Assembly (NCBI GenBank): GCA_002245135.1
Contig: NGBS01001161.1
Location: forward strand, 248,001 to 312,000
Source of the DNA: Proteromonas lacertae
Lineage: Eukaryota
Length of the DNA: 64,000 bases
Direction: 5' to 3'
Shown piece after piece: positions 40,326 through 54,647 of this stretch (position 1 is its first letter; every line of letters begins with the position of its first letter). The notes beneath the pieces are model-generated. The model was not told where the DNA came from. It made no database searches and worked only from the letters and a program-made list of their open reading frames with translations. Position numbers and translations under genes: made by a program.

Positions 40326-41664
40326 TTATTTATAACTTATTGGTTTTGGAATTCTTCTGCCCATATCTCTAAACAACATTGAGGGATAGTTCTTATTTTT
40401 TCAGGTAGTTTAGAAACATTTATCTTTGGACAAATTGTATTAGGTTCAATTGTATTGCAATAACTTTCTATACAGCTATATATATACATAGATTAGCATA
40501 AATAAAAGTACCATATTGGAATTGAAGATAAATATTCTTCAAACAGTCTTATGGAATCATCACTATTTGACACTGATGATATTGATGAATTAACTGATTC
40601 ATCAATACTATTGCCAGATACAGAATCAGACATTATATTATGTTCAATTTCAATTGAAGAATTAATTTCTTTGTCATTTGAATTTCTCTTTTTACTTTTA
40701 TTTTTAATAACAATCGGAGAATGTGAAAATGGTATATCATTCTCTACAGCGATAATTGGACTGTCATCAGGTGGTAAAACAAATTCTAGAGATGAATCAT
40801 GTCCAAGACTTCCAAATGATATATTTTGGTTCATTTTCACATTAGTATGTCTATTTTCATAACTATCTGGAGATGATAATGTCAAATCTGACCATGAAAA
40901 TGATTCTTTAGGTGATTCTCGTTGTATTTCTATTTGAGGCTCTTCTTCCTTCTCTATTTCCATATTGTACAGTTTATCACTCAATTTGTCTTCTTCTAAA
41001 TCTGTCTTATTCTCTACATTGTCGATTTCATAGTTAGGATTGGTGATATTCTCTTCATAATTCATATTTTCATCATCTCTTTCTACCACTTCTTCTTCCT
41101 CTTCTTGTACAAGTATCTTATCATTATCTTCTGGATTTTGATCTTCTATATTTGTTTTACATTCATCATTAATTGAACGTTTATATTTTATAGGGGAAGC
41201 CTTCTACAAGTAAAATAAAAGTAAATACAAAATATCTAACTGCTACATCATTACTAAATTCTACATGAAGGTTTTTTTTCTTTTTTGCAACGACTATGTT
41301 TTCAATTGGAATTGGATTTTCATCTTCTATTGCATTATTCATTAACTTTTTGTGTAATTTTTTGGCCTCTATTGCTTCAGGTGGAGTCTAATATTCATAA
41401 TACAGTAATGTCGTACAACCATTGAATCAAATACAGAATCTTCTTTGTGTAGAGTACTATATAGCATATTTGTAGTAGATATACGTTTTTGTAAGTCCAG
41501 TATCTATCCTTTCATTCTCATTTTTGTCGAAATGTGAAAGCAACTTTATATCTAAACGAATTCGGTGTTATGATGAAAATGGCCTTACCTATATAGAGTC
41601 TGTTTGTTCTAAATCTTCTAAATTTGCGATGTTTTTCTGTTAAAGCTTTATAGACTTTCTTCAT
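40326..41664 (-). CDS. Hypothetical acidic/Ser-rich protein
   Basis: Exon chain MKKVYKALTEKHRKFRRFRTNRLYI...CLEIWAEEFQKPISYK with GT-AG micro-introns. Confidence 0.55.
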
Positions 41665-41749
41665 TTTCAATAAATAAAAAAAGTGATAATTTTCTGCCAA
41701 ATCAATTATCTCAATGTCATTAAAAAAAACAATTTCAAATATATTGTAA

Positions 41750-44700
41750 TTAGAAAGACATAGATGTGCCTACATGACTCTCATCATCAGACTCTTTATA
41801 CTCATCATCACTAATTGCATTGTATTCAAACTTTATATTCTCCAATACTTTCTTATAATACTCAGCAAACAATTTAGAATAGCTTGGTGGAAGTAGTTCA
41901 ACACATTGTTGGAACAATGAATCTGCATGAGGTGTTTTCAGCTGTAAAGCAACACATAATGTCCTTTCTGCAATAATCTTAGCGGCAGTAGGAGATCTAG
42001 CAACATCAAATAACACAGGGAACGACAACTTTGTAATATGGAATACCTTCATCTTTTGGTGTTATTTTGTATAATCTTTTAATAGTCTTTAATACATTCA
42101 CTACTGTGATATTATCTTTTCTTGACTTTCAATTCTTCTTCCATATTTGGTAACAATTCCCAAATAAAACCAATCCAAGTTGGATCTCGTTCTTCTTGGT
42201 GTTTGATTGCAGTAACTAAACAATAAATACTTTCAGAAACATATTGTTTAATTGAAGTATTTTCATTTTGTAAAGTATTTTTAACAAATGGTATAATTGA
42301 TGATATATACGTTAGTGCTACTAATTGTGAATGATGTGCTATGGATTTAATAGTCATACATCTAAAATATTACATTAAAACATATATATATATATATATA
42401 TATACCTTCCCAATAATGTATTATCATTGCTATTATTAGTTGAACATAGATAATTAATTGTCGATTGTTGAACTTCTGGTTTGCATATACTAATAGCAAT
42501 ACCAATAATTGAACTTGATAATCTTTTAACTCCTTCATTATTGTCTGATAAATTGTCTTTTATTGTTGTAATCAATTCTTCAGCTACAGGAGTTGAGATT
42601 GTTGATTTTGCAGATAATAATGTGATTCTTATACCACGATATAATGCTTCTTTAATCTATTCATTATATAATATATAATATATAATATATACACTAACAT
42701 CTTTTGCTGTTTTTAAGTGAGTATTTAAATCTTTAATTAAACTTTCATTTCTACTAGATATCTTTGTTAAATTCTTTAATGTAGTTAAACCATGTTGTCT
42801 AACAGATCCATGTTCATTCTCTAATGCTTTAATAAGAACTGTATGTAATTGAGGAATGAATAACTTAAACACAGTTTCATCACCTTTATCTAATAACTTT
42901 GATATATCATCAATTAATTCACATTTCAATGTATGTTTAAATCGATCATTTAAACCTCTTATTAATGTGCCAATTATCTTTCTACAGAGATCTTGATTAA
43001 TGTTATTCTTTGTACTTAACGTTAAAATATCACCTAAACATCCAGCTGCTTCTGATCTGATTTCTTCTGAAGTTGATTTTAATCCATGTTGTAAGAAATT
43101 CCAGAATGGATTTGTTTTGAAACTCATTGTAAATGCTGGAATTGTGATTGAATCAGCTGTTAAATTCCTATTAATATTTATTTATAATTCATATATAATT
43201 ATACTTTTGTCTGATTCTTCTACCAACTAAAACAATATCTTGTCTTATAACTGATACATATTTTGACATTTCTATTTCTGTAATTGATTTGACCAAACTG
43301 TCCATTGCATCCCAAGCAGCTCTAATGATTTCTTCTTTTGGATCGTTAAATGCTTCAATTATACCTTTACTAAATATGGCAATCTATTCATTATTATTAT
43401 TATTATTATTATATACATTATCATGGAAATCTATCTTTGTATGTTTGAAATATTCAGATAATATTTTCATAGCGGTTAATCTCCATCCCCAATTATCTTT
43501 AGTAGTAAACTGTATAATCTCTGGAATAGTGACATGTAAACCATTTGATTTAACACTCACTAATACAGTCAATATACAATTTTCTAAAGCTTCTGTTAAT
43601 TCAGGATCAGACTATTAATATCATATATATATATATATATATAATGTAATTATACACAATCTGTTGGTTCTATATCCATTGGACAACCTCTTAATGCAGT
43701 GAAGAAATCAGTAAATATTTTACAAGTTGAAAAATGCAATACTGTTCCACAAACATCCACTATTTCACCTAAAGCTACAACATTCGCCTTTTTCAATGGT
43801 TTAGATAATAATTCATCTAAAATAATTTCAAATGCATTCAATTGTCTTGATAAAATACCTTTTAAACAATTAGTACCTCTTCTAACTAGTTTTTCATCAT
43901 TACTATTAATTTGTTCGATTGTTTTGGGTAATAACATCTTCAAACAATCATTTCCTACTGCATTGTATAATTGACTATATGCTATTGATGCTACTGATCT
44001 AACATCATAATCATCATCACCTAAGGCACTTTCTAATGGTTTGATTAAGTTACTTAAATATTCTTTCAATTGTCTCTTTGGACATGCTTTTATAATTTCA
44101 CTTAATCCCATACATATGCCAGTTTTCTTTCTGCTTTCTTGATCTTCTGTTAGTTCATCTTCTAATAATGGAATAATTGTCTGTAATACTGAATCTCCTA
44201 ATTTGGAGACTACATCTCCTAGACATTTACCTGCTACCACTTGTAATTCTCCTTCTATTAAGAATTGGTCGTTTAATAGTTGCAATAATGTTGGTAATAT
44301 TGATTTTAAGGTTGCTGGTGTGTTGTAGACTATAGATTTCCATATTTGTAAAGACTTTTGTTTTACGACTGTATTAATATCTGAGCGTATCATATATAAG
44401 CAAGATAAGACAAGATTGTATTGCTTTTCACCAAGGGTTGATTCTATTAGATTTATTTATAATTCATTGTTATACTCAATTGTTTACATGTATTAGCATT
44501 AACAACATATTCCTCTTCATCATCTTCATCATCACTATTTTCACTGATTGACTTATTTCCACTTAATTTTGATCTAATTCATAAAATATTAAAAGAATAT
44601 ATTAAATATATACAATAATTGACCTAATAATTGTACAGCACTTTGTCTATACCTCCAATTTTCAGATAATATGTTTGATAAGATAGGACTTAATAAAAGC

Positions 44701-47700
44701 TTGGTATTTGTCAAGCCAAACTTGTTGATCAAAGCTTGACCAGCTTTTAAGCTTACATTACTAACAATATCAGTTTCATCAGATAGATCTTGAATAATTA
44801 CTGGGAATATGATATCAATAGTATCAGCGATTTTTTCACTGATTACATTTGGTAAATATGAAATGAACCACATTACACCTTCTCTGATATAAGGCTTAGG
44901 ATGTGAAGCAGATACAATAATCTTTGATAATAGTGTAATTAATCTATCATATCCTAAAGCAGCTAATACTTCAGCTAAACCTAATGCACTACCAGAACGT
45001 TCGGCACTATCTCCTTCAGAGCACATATGTGTAGTTAACCATTCTATTAAATCAGGGAATTCTTCCTCACCAACACCTTTTACTAATTGACCTAATGCAT
45101 GTCCTGTCTCTTTTCTTACAATTGGGTCATGATCTAATAATGCATGTTTCAATGGTTCATTTAATATTGGAATATATGGAATAACTGCTGCTGGATCTGA
45201 TAATGTGCAAATGCTTCCAATAATTAAGCATGTATTTTGTTTAATAGCAGTTTTTCTATCAATCAAACCTCTTTGTAATAATGGCATAAGTAATGACAAT
45301 GATGCTGCATCTATTTTATGAATAAATGAAGTTGAAGTTAAAGATTCTAATGCATCACCAGTCTTTTCCATTGGATCATATAAAGCTTCTAATATTTTAC
45401 CAGAAACAGCACTAATTTCAGGATTAGTAATGACTTTAGTAATACCAGCTAAAGCTTCTTTTGCAGCTTCTCTAACTTTAGGATGTGAATCAGTAAAACA
45501 AGTGACTAATTTTGGTACAATCTGTGGTAATGATGATGATAATGATTGTGGTGAACAATTACCCATTGTACCTAGTGTATTAATAGCAGCAACTTTAGTT
45601 CTCCAAGCTGGATCACTTGTTAATTCAATCACTTTTGGTAATACTTGTTTAATACAATACACACTCATATTCTTCATGATTTCTTCAGATGCACTTTTGG
45701 CTGCTATTCTTACATCTTCATTTACTTCAGAAAAACCTTTTAATAAGTCTTTTAATATAACAATGACATAAGGATCGAATTTCTTTTTAAACATACGTGA
45801 TAAACATTCTATTAATAATAAACATCCTTCTTTAGCTTCCCAACTTTTACCTTCAAAAGCTCCAGTTATTTTATTCATAATATCATATTTCTTTAAAGAA
45901 GGAATACCAAAACCATTCAACAAACCTGCAATACCATTAGCAGCACCTAATCGATGGCCAAATTCAGGATTTGTCAATAATGTGCTGAATAAATCATCAA
46001 TTATTTCATTACCATTCGAAGTAACATAAGAAGTTCTTGCAATACTTGTCATACATTCAGATACAGCAGATTGTACTGATTCTGAAGGAGTATATAATGC
46101 ATTTAATAAGATCTTAAATATAGATTCAATCTATAAAATAATAACCATAATAATATACTTTTGGATCATCTTTTTCCATATACTGTGTTATTGATCCTAA
46201 TAATACAACTGTTCCTTCCTTTTGATTATCTTTAATAATCTCATCTTCTTCACTCTTTATTGCTTCTAATGAATCTTCAAATATACTTACAAATGTTTGA
46301 CAATAGCTTGATCCATATGTTTTAATAATATCTAAACCTGCATTTAATGAGTTTAATCTTACATTTTCATCTTTATCTCCAAATCCATTGATTATTATTA
46401 TATTCATTATTGTTTGTAGTTGTTCTATTGTTAATATATTTGATTCTACTTTACCAAAACCATTGAATATCTTCATAATGCCTATTCTTGTATTGATATT
46501 ACCTTTTATTCTTAATCTTTCATTTGGTTTTGATTTTATATATAAATCTTTTAAATTGTTTATTATGTCATTAATTCTATTCGGATCATTCAATAAACCA
46601 GCAGCTAAAGCATAACATGACATTGTCTGAATAACACTCTTCTCATAATCAATATAATTCATTAAAATGTCAATATAATCTTCAGGTAATTGACAATTGA
46701 GTTTATTCCATATTTCTATAGCTTCAGTCTTATTATTTTCATTACTATCACATGTTAAGATATAGAAAATAGTTAATAAATTTGTAGGAATTGAACCTTC
46801 AATATTTTTAATCATTACTAAAACTAATGATCTTACATAATCATATACTGATAAACATCCATATTTAAATGCATTTATATCACTTTCTTCTATATTTTCT
46901 TCACTCATTAAATCAGTTAATAATTCAGAAAGAGATGGTTTTATTTGTGGTGCAATTTCATAACAGTGTAATAATAATAATATAATATCACCTCTTATAG
47001 GTAATAATGAGTTATTATATCCTTCATCTTTTATTGAATTTTGAATTATATTTTGATAGAATAATACGATAGAGTTAATATAAGGTAATGGTGGATCATA
47101 TAATGAAATATTATTAAATAATATATTCAAAATAGACACAACAGGTATAGAAATAATACAATCTTCTTTATTCAACATCTTTTCAATTGAAGTGACTATT
47201 ATATTTCCTATATCTTTCAATATTGGAACATTTTCACTTATTCCTGGATTAATTATACTTTGTAATATACAATATGATAAATCATAAGAATAATTATTAA
47301 GTGGTGAAGGTAATGACTTAATTAAATACTGTAAACAGTTCATTCCATATACTCTTGATAGTGGATGTTTTAACCAATTATATAAATAATCCTTATAAGT
47401 AACAAAGAATTCTAATCCTTCATATGAATTTGACTTTAATAAATGTGAAAAACCAATCATTCCAGATATAAATGGTTCTACTATTACTTTCATATCATTT
47501 CTTAATTGACTTTGCTCTTTTAATTTCTCTTCTTTTTCTAATTGAATTTTCTTTAACTTTTCTTCAACCTCTTTTTGCTTCTTTATTTCCATCTCAATCT
47601 GTTTCATTCGTGCTTTTTCAGTCATTGGAATGTTATTATTATTGTTATCTTTTGGAATGTCAATTTGATTTTGTAATGATGAATAATAATCATCTTTATC

Positions 47701-49194
47701 ATACAGTTTACCTTCTGGTGTAAGGTATATATTCGTTTCTTCTTCACTATATTTTTCTATTAATTCTGGTTTACTTATTTCAGATATATAATTCCAAATG
47801 GATGTAAATTCTTTATGATTTATATAATAACCATATGCACCAATAGAATTATAACATGTCTCTCTGCATAGTTGACATTTTGAACTCAAGCCAAACGAGC
47901 TTTTCAATATTTTATTGAATATATCTAATGAATCATGAATATAACTTTGACGATCATCAATATGAATGGATTTCACTAAATACTCAATGACTTTAACACC
48001 ACAGTTAATCTCAGGAATGGATGATATATATACAATAAATGGAATTAATGAAGGACTTGGACAGGAATAACTTAATTCATAAATTGTATTTCTCAATATT
48101 TCAATATCAGTAATATAATTTATTTTAATATTACTCTTTTCATTGAAATTGGTATTTGATATAATTGAGAGATAAGGATATAATAAACTGGGGATTAATA
48201 TAGTTGAACAATCTTGTAACATTGAATATAACAGTTTAGAAGAATATTGATGAATTGGAGTGTAATAATGCAACTATATATATATACAAATAAATAATTA
48301 TATATATATACAGTAAATTTAGCTAAAACAGTAAACAATGGATGTGGTATTTCATTATAATTATTCAATGATAATTTTGAATAATATTTCTTTGTTATTA
48401 TCTCAATGATATCACATATACTCGTCCAAATATATTCAAACTCTTTACATTCATCTTTTGATTTACTATATTGATATAATCTATCATGGTATAAGTATGA
48501 ATTTGAATCATTGATTACATTCCATATATCTTCATTTTTATCACTATCTATTAAGTGAATTAGACTTAACCATCCTATGTAAATATGACTGATTGGAGAT
48601 TCAATCCCTTTTTTAAATATGCTAAGTAAATCCTTCTGTAATTCTAAATTTGATTGGCTATTTTCATACATTGAGGATATTGATATTAATGGTAATAATG
48701 ATTGATTTGAATTGGTTTTAATTGGTTTGGATATAAATGTATCAAAATCATTTTTAATTGAACATTTATCTTCATTGCATTTCATCCATTTTCCTATTGT
48801 ATAATAACCTAATTTCAAGATTGAATCATTTCCTTCTTTCTTAATAAACTCAAATATTGTCTTGGTTATTTCATCACAATATAATTCTCTTTCATTTTCT
48901 GGAATGAATTTCAATAATTCCATATACATTTTCATATATAACAATCTTTGACGTATATCATTTGGTCTTGACAATAACAGCTTTGATAAATAAGCAACAA
49001 CATCTTTAATAATCTCATGTTCAGTTGTCTTTCGAGTGAATAGCAATAATACATATTGATGAATGATTTGTTCAATAAGTGACTCACTACTTATTATAAA
49101 TTCATTCAATAATGGTAAAAACAATGTAATATAATATTTGGATAGATTATTCTTACAATTCGTTAAGAAATATATAATTGGAGTTACTAACATC

Positions 49195-49228
<34 letters not shown>

Positions 49229-50031
49229 TATACAATTGCATTTCTCTTCATAGCTCTTACAAATGAAGGAATCAATGTATTTTCTAATTCACTATCTGTT
49301 ATACTCTCAAATAATGGCTTGAAGTAACTCAAATCATCTTTAGTGATCTTTTTCTTTGAGTTTAGTATTTGAGTATTAAAGATTGTCATTATCTGTGTTC
49401 TTTCTTCTTCACTTTTCATATATTTTGATAGTAAATAGGTTAATGAAATATTTGAAGTGATTTTGGATTTGTAATATTTGTCTTTATAATCTCCATGCTT
49501 TTGCATTAAATAATGGAAATAATGCCTTAATGATTGTACATAAATCGGTTGTACTTGAAGTAAATTGATATATCGACACTATTATTTATAATTATGAATT
49601 TATATATATATATATACTTGAAATTCAATAATGCTCTTAACTGTTTCTTCTTCTATATCTGGTATTTTTGTCAAAATAATAGAACAATAATTACATAAAT
49701 TGAATAAAACATCTGAGTCACTTTCATATGATTTACCACATTTCGTCAACACTTTTACAAATGCTGTTGGTAATTCTTTACATTGTAATAAAACGTCAAT
49801 TCCGCTTCTAACAAACTTTACAACATTCTGTGTTCCAATATGCAAATAATTGAATGATATTGATAGAATCTTGCATAACTGTGCGATATTTCTTTCTTCT
49901 TCAGATATATTTACATACTTTGTAACACAATCCTAAAAGAAGTAACACTTCAGTAATACATTGATAGCAGTCTTTAGATTTCTGTCAGTACATATCACTA
50001 GTTTGTTTAAAGCTTTATCGAGTTCTTCCAT
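41750..50031 (-). CDS. GCN1: eIF2-alpha kinase activator GCN1 (HEAT repeats)
   Basis: HRLGAANGIAG, FDPYVIVIL, AWRTKVAAI, LPQIVPKL, IDAASLSLLMPLLQRGL, ERSGSALGLAEVL, WKSIVYNTPATLK. Two +1 errors near the 3' end. Confidence 0.93.
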
Positions 50032-50133
50032 AACCTTGAATAGACGGAAAACTAAAAATGATAATGAAAGCTTGAGTTTGCTTGACTGAATTTGTTATTT
50101 TTTAAACGAAATAAAGAAAAAATTACATTAAAA

Positions 50134-50813
50134 ATGGATAATCATAGTTCCAGAAGAGATACAAAAGAAGGAACGAGATATAGATTCCCTAGTATGCAAG
50201 ATTTTGTATATTTTTGTTAGAAAAACAAGTATCTAGCAGTCTTATTTTTCAAATTATCATATATTTTAACATATGGTATTCAATAATACATTTTATTTTG
50301 TCTTTGTTGTTGTATATTAAGAAAGTATGATGTATATAAAGATATTTCATGATATAGTATAATGATTGGTTTATTAAAGTCGGAGTAGTTATTCCAGTAG
50401 TAGCAAATTATAGCGTTTGGGTTTTAGTTGAATTTATCCGTTTACCTCTTGGCTATATAGGAAATGCTTCAGAGAGAGTATATATTCACTATTTTTATGA
50501 ATAATATATGAATGTAGATGGCACTTTTATCAGCTTATGTATTATTCACTTTATTTCCTTCAATATGCGAGACTATATTCTTGTGCATACCAATTGATGT
50601 ATTATATTTTAAATATAATGGAGATAGGGAGTAGGTATACCAGCAATTCAAATGTTGAACATAATTCAGATGTTTTTTCAAGTCTCTGGTATGATATTTG
50701 GCTGGTTTGCTATTCAAAACATGAGTAGAGTTCATACTGAGTCATTCCTGCATGAAGTAGAAATGTCTAAACTAAAGAAATTGAGTGAAGAAAAGGAAGA
50801 AAAGAAAGAGTAA
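50134..50813 (+). CDS. Transmemb_17 family (TMEM17/TMEM216/TMEM80-like) ciliary transition-zone membrane protein
   Basis: Five exons spliced by eye: VSSSLIFQIIIYFNIWYS...VEFIRLPLGYIGNASER...; four hydrophobic segments. Confidence 0.75.
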
Positions 50814-51111
50814 TACCAATATGGTTGGTATGGTGAGTATAATTTAATATAATTGATAAGAATAATTACTAAAGAATATTTTTGTTGTAATTGTTTTTAA
50901 ACAACCAATAAGAAAATCATAGCAACATAAATAAATTTATGATATTAAAGCATAACAATTCTAGATTATTAAAGTAAAAAAAAGAAAAGAATATAATTTG
51001 AAACGAATAAATTTTTAATACATCTTGCATTTTTAGTCTTTCTGTAAGATATAATACTCTAATAAAAGTAATTTAATAATTTTTGAATAGAGTCGTAGAT
51101 AATATAAAACA

Positions 51112-54100
51112 ATGACAGCTCAAATTGACCTTAGTGTTGTTGAAACTTTATTAAACAATACATTCTCAAGTAACAATGAAGCAAGAAGTAAAGTTGAAGA
51201 GCAATTGCGAATTGTATATAACTCTATTCATTTTGTAGTTAAGAGAACAACCAGCTTTTTATCCAGTTTTGTTACAAATAGTTGCAAGGCCAGATGCTTC
51301 TATTGATGTAAAGAAAGTATTTATTTATAATCTATAATAATTTTTATATAGGCTGCAGCCATTCATCTCAAAAACAGTTTAATTAACCGTTGGGACAAGC
51401 TCAATGAACAAAATCAAGTATTAATAAGAGAACATATAGTTCAAGTAATTGCAGAATCAGAAGAGTTAGTAATAGTAAAATTCTTAGCTGTAGCATGCAG
51501 AATAATTGGTGAAACAGATTTCCCCTCAAAATGGAGTTCATTTATCCCAACCGTAATAAGCTATATATCAACAGGTGATCTAACAAAAATAGCCAATATT
51601 TTATTCCCATTAAGAATGATGGTTCATGCGTATGTTTATAGAGAATCGAAACACAGAGTACCTGCAGAAATGGATCAATTGGCACAAACAGTATTACCTG
51701 TTATATACACCATATATCAAAATGTAAGAAACAAGTGTATTGGTGAAATAAAAACACCAATAATAATGGTACAAATTGAAAAGATATTTGCTGATTTATT
51801 GAATAGATTTGATGAAGTATTTATACCACATTTGGATGTATTTCAAAACTGGATGAATGAATTTAAAATATCATTAGATATCCCTATTGGCCAATATGGC
51901 GAAAATATTATACCTTCTCAACCAGAAGATCCTGAAGATATTGAGAAATTTGGATGGTGGAAAATGAAGAAATGGATTATGAACATCATTAACAAAATAT
52001 TCTCATCTTATGGTAAAAAAGCAAAGTATATATTATTGTTTATAATTTATATATATATTAGTACAAAATATGAAGAATTCAGTAAAGAATGGGTTAATAA
52101 ATATGCATTAGGATTTTTAGAAAGTTGTTTTGCAATAATGCAATTGAAAAAAGAACATAAATTATACAATGAATATGTAATGAATTTAGCATTAACCTAT
52201 ACAGCTACAGCATCTCAAATGTCAGTAACATATCGTTATATTAAAAAACAATTAGAATTTCTATTAGTAGATATTATATTAGGATGTGTTAGAAAGAGTG
52301 ATTCTTTAATGGAACAATTCCAGGATGATCCAGTTGAATATGTAAGAGAAAGAAATGATTTTATTAATGATTATAAGAGTGAATCATATGCAGCATCCTG
52401 TTTATTGATTGATTTAGCTAAATTTAGAGGTCAAGATGTATTACCACCTTTTATGCAGTATTGTAGTCAAGTGTTACAACAGTATATATTATTATGATTA
52501 TTAATATATATTATATATTCGTAGATGTCAAGTAGTACCACCTGAACAACAAGATTTTAGACTGAAAGATGCTGTTTATCAATGTATTGGTGATTTATCT
52601 CCAAATTTGATGTCTAAAACAGTCTATATTTCAACTATTGAACCATTGTTGATTAATTTCGTTTTACCAGATTTTCGTTCACCTTATCCTCTATTAAGAA
52701 GTACAGCTTGTTGGTTGTTTGATGTATATTCAAGATATCAATTCAGTCAAGAAATATACTATCAACAAATTATTCAAGAGATTATTACTGTATGAATATA
52801 TTCATATTATATTGTAGTGTTTATCAGATGAACAAATACCTGTGAAAATTGTTGCAGCAGTAGCAATAGGAAGAATAGTTGAAGAGAAAACATACTCCAA
52901 AGTATTTGTTTTATACCATTATTAATATATAGTTTTTTACACAAGAATATATAATACATATATTGAAAGTATTTTTACAGTTATCATTAGAATATGGTTT
53001 TGATAATATCACAACTTCGTTTTCAGCATTTTTAGAGTATAATATAATGATATATTTAAATATATAATAGTAAGTTTGATGAGCCAATAAAACCTCATAT
53101 TCCAGAAGTTGTACAAACCTTATTAGTAGGTTTTACCAAATTTGCAAATAGTCAAGATGAAGAAGATTTATCCAACAGTATTGGATATTGTGATTTACTA
53201 ACATCATTATGTTATAAAGTAGAAAAAGATCCTATCTTGATTAACCACTTAGAACAATTGATTATTCCACAATTATTAGTATATAATTTAAATAGAATAT
53301 AATTATGCATTTATAGGGATTTTTACAACCTGAGAAATTCTATTTAGAATTATTTGAATCAATAGTTGATATTATTAGTTTTTTTACATACAGAATTGAA
53401 GCATTTCCTTCAGAATTATGGTCAACTTTTTCACTTCTCATAAATGATTTATTCGATATTGCACCAGATTATATATCATCCAGTGCTCCAGCATTAGAGA
53501 ATTTCATTTCAAGAAGTACAACCCAGTTTATGCAAGGTAAATTGATTTTAGATGGAAAAGAAATGTCTAATTTAGATGGTATTTGCACACTTATATTCCG
53601 TATTTTGCAAAGAAATGATGAAGATTGTGATGGTTGTTATTGTTGTTTATTATTACAATCAATTCTATTTAACTGTGAAGGTATATATATTTATATTGTG
53701 TTTGTTATTTTAATTGAAATAGCATTGAGACAACAAGTGATTCCAATATTCGTTACTAAAATTATTCAAAAAGTCACACAGCCATTGTCAAAAGCTGTGT
53801 ATAAAGTAATGTTACTTGAAGTTATTGAAACATGTATTGGTTTTGAACCAATTCTTACTATTGACTTATTGAATAGTTTGAATGTGTTACAACCAGTATT
53901 ATATATTGTTTTGTTATATATATATATTTAATCTTAGACTATTCAAGAAATTATTGCTTCAAGAGTAATGCATACTGAAGCTGATGAAAAGAGATTATTT
54001 GTGTTTTGTTTATCATCAATTATTGGAATTCCATTCAATTCATGGTTACCAGCATTACAAACTATTTGTCAATCAGTATATATATTATGTTTCTAAATAC

Positions 54101-54557
54101 TTAGATTATTGACGCATTGACAAATCAAATCGTAGACTTAAGAAACCAACAAGAAAATGAAAAGGGTGATAATGGTGAAGATGATGATGAAATTGAAGAA
54201 GAGAATGATGGATATGATGATGATGATGATGATGATGGATATGAAAAGGATGATTGGGGATATATGGAAGATAATGATGCTATAGATAAAGATGAATTAA
54301 AATACTCAAAGCTGTTAGAAGGTATTACATTAAATGATGAAGAAGATCTAAATTATGAATCATTATATGGCTTTAGTAAATCAGAATTAAAAGGATATGT
54401 TGAACCTATAAGGAATATAAAAATATATGGAATGTTTTCACAGAATTTTGAGAAGAATGTTAATCTAGTTCAAGTAATATCTCCAAAATTAAACCCAGAA
54501 GCTAAACTAGTATTACAAGGATGCATTGATTTGGGTAAAAAGGAATTAATGAACTAA
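51112..54557 (+). CDS. IPO7: Importin-7/8-like karyopherin (Nmd5/SAD2 type)
   Basis: IBN_N (AAAIHLKN), DFPSKW, WWKMKKW, FQDDPVEYVR, LRSTACW, acidic C-terminal loop. Confidence 0.85.
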
Positions 54558-54647
54558 ATATAAACTTTGTTATTTTTATTTTTAATTCTTTTTTTATTCA
54601 ATTAAAAAATGAAAGGAAAATGAAATAAATAAGAATAATTATTACAA

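Noticed and set aside
43000..47723. Several + strand ORFs over GCN1 (similar shadows occur elsewhere, e.g. 13951, 29702, 40551, 63142)
   Set aside because: Antisense open frames of well-supported genes, with no independent motifs.
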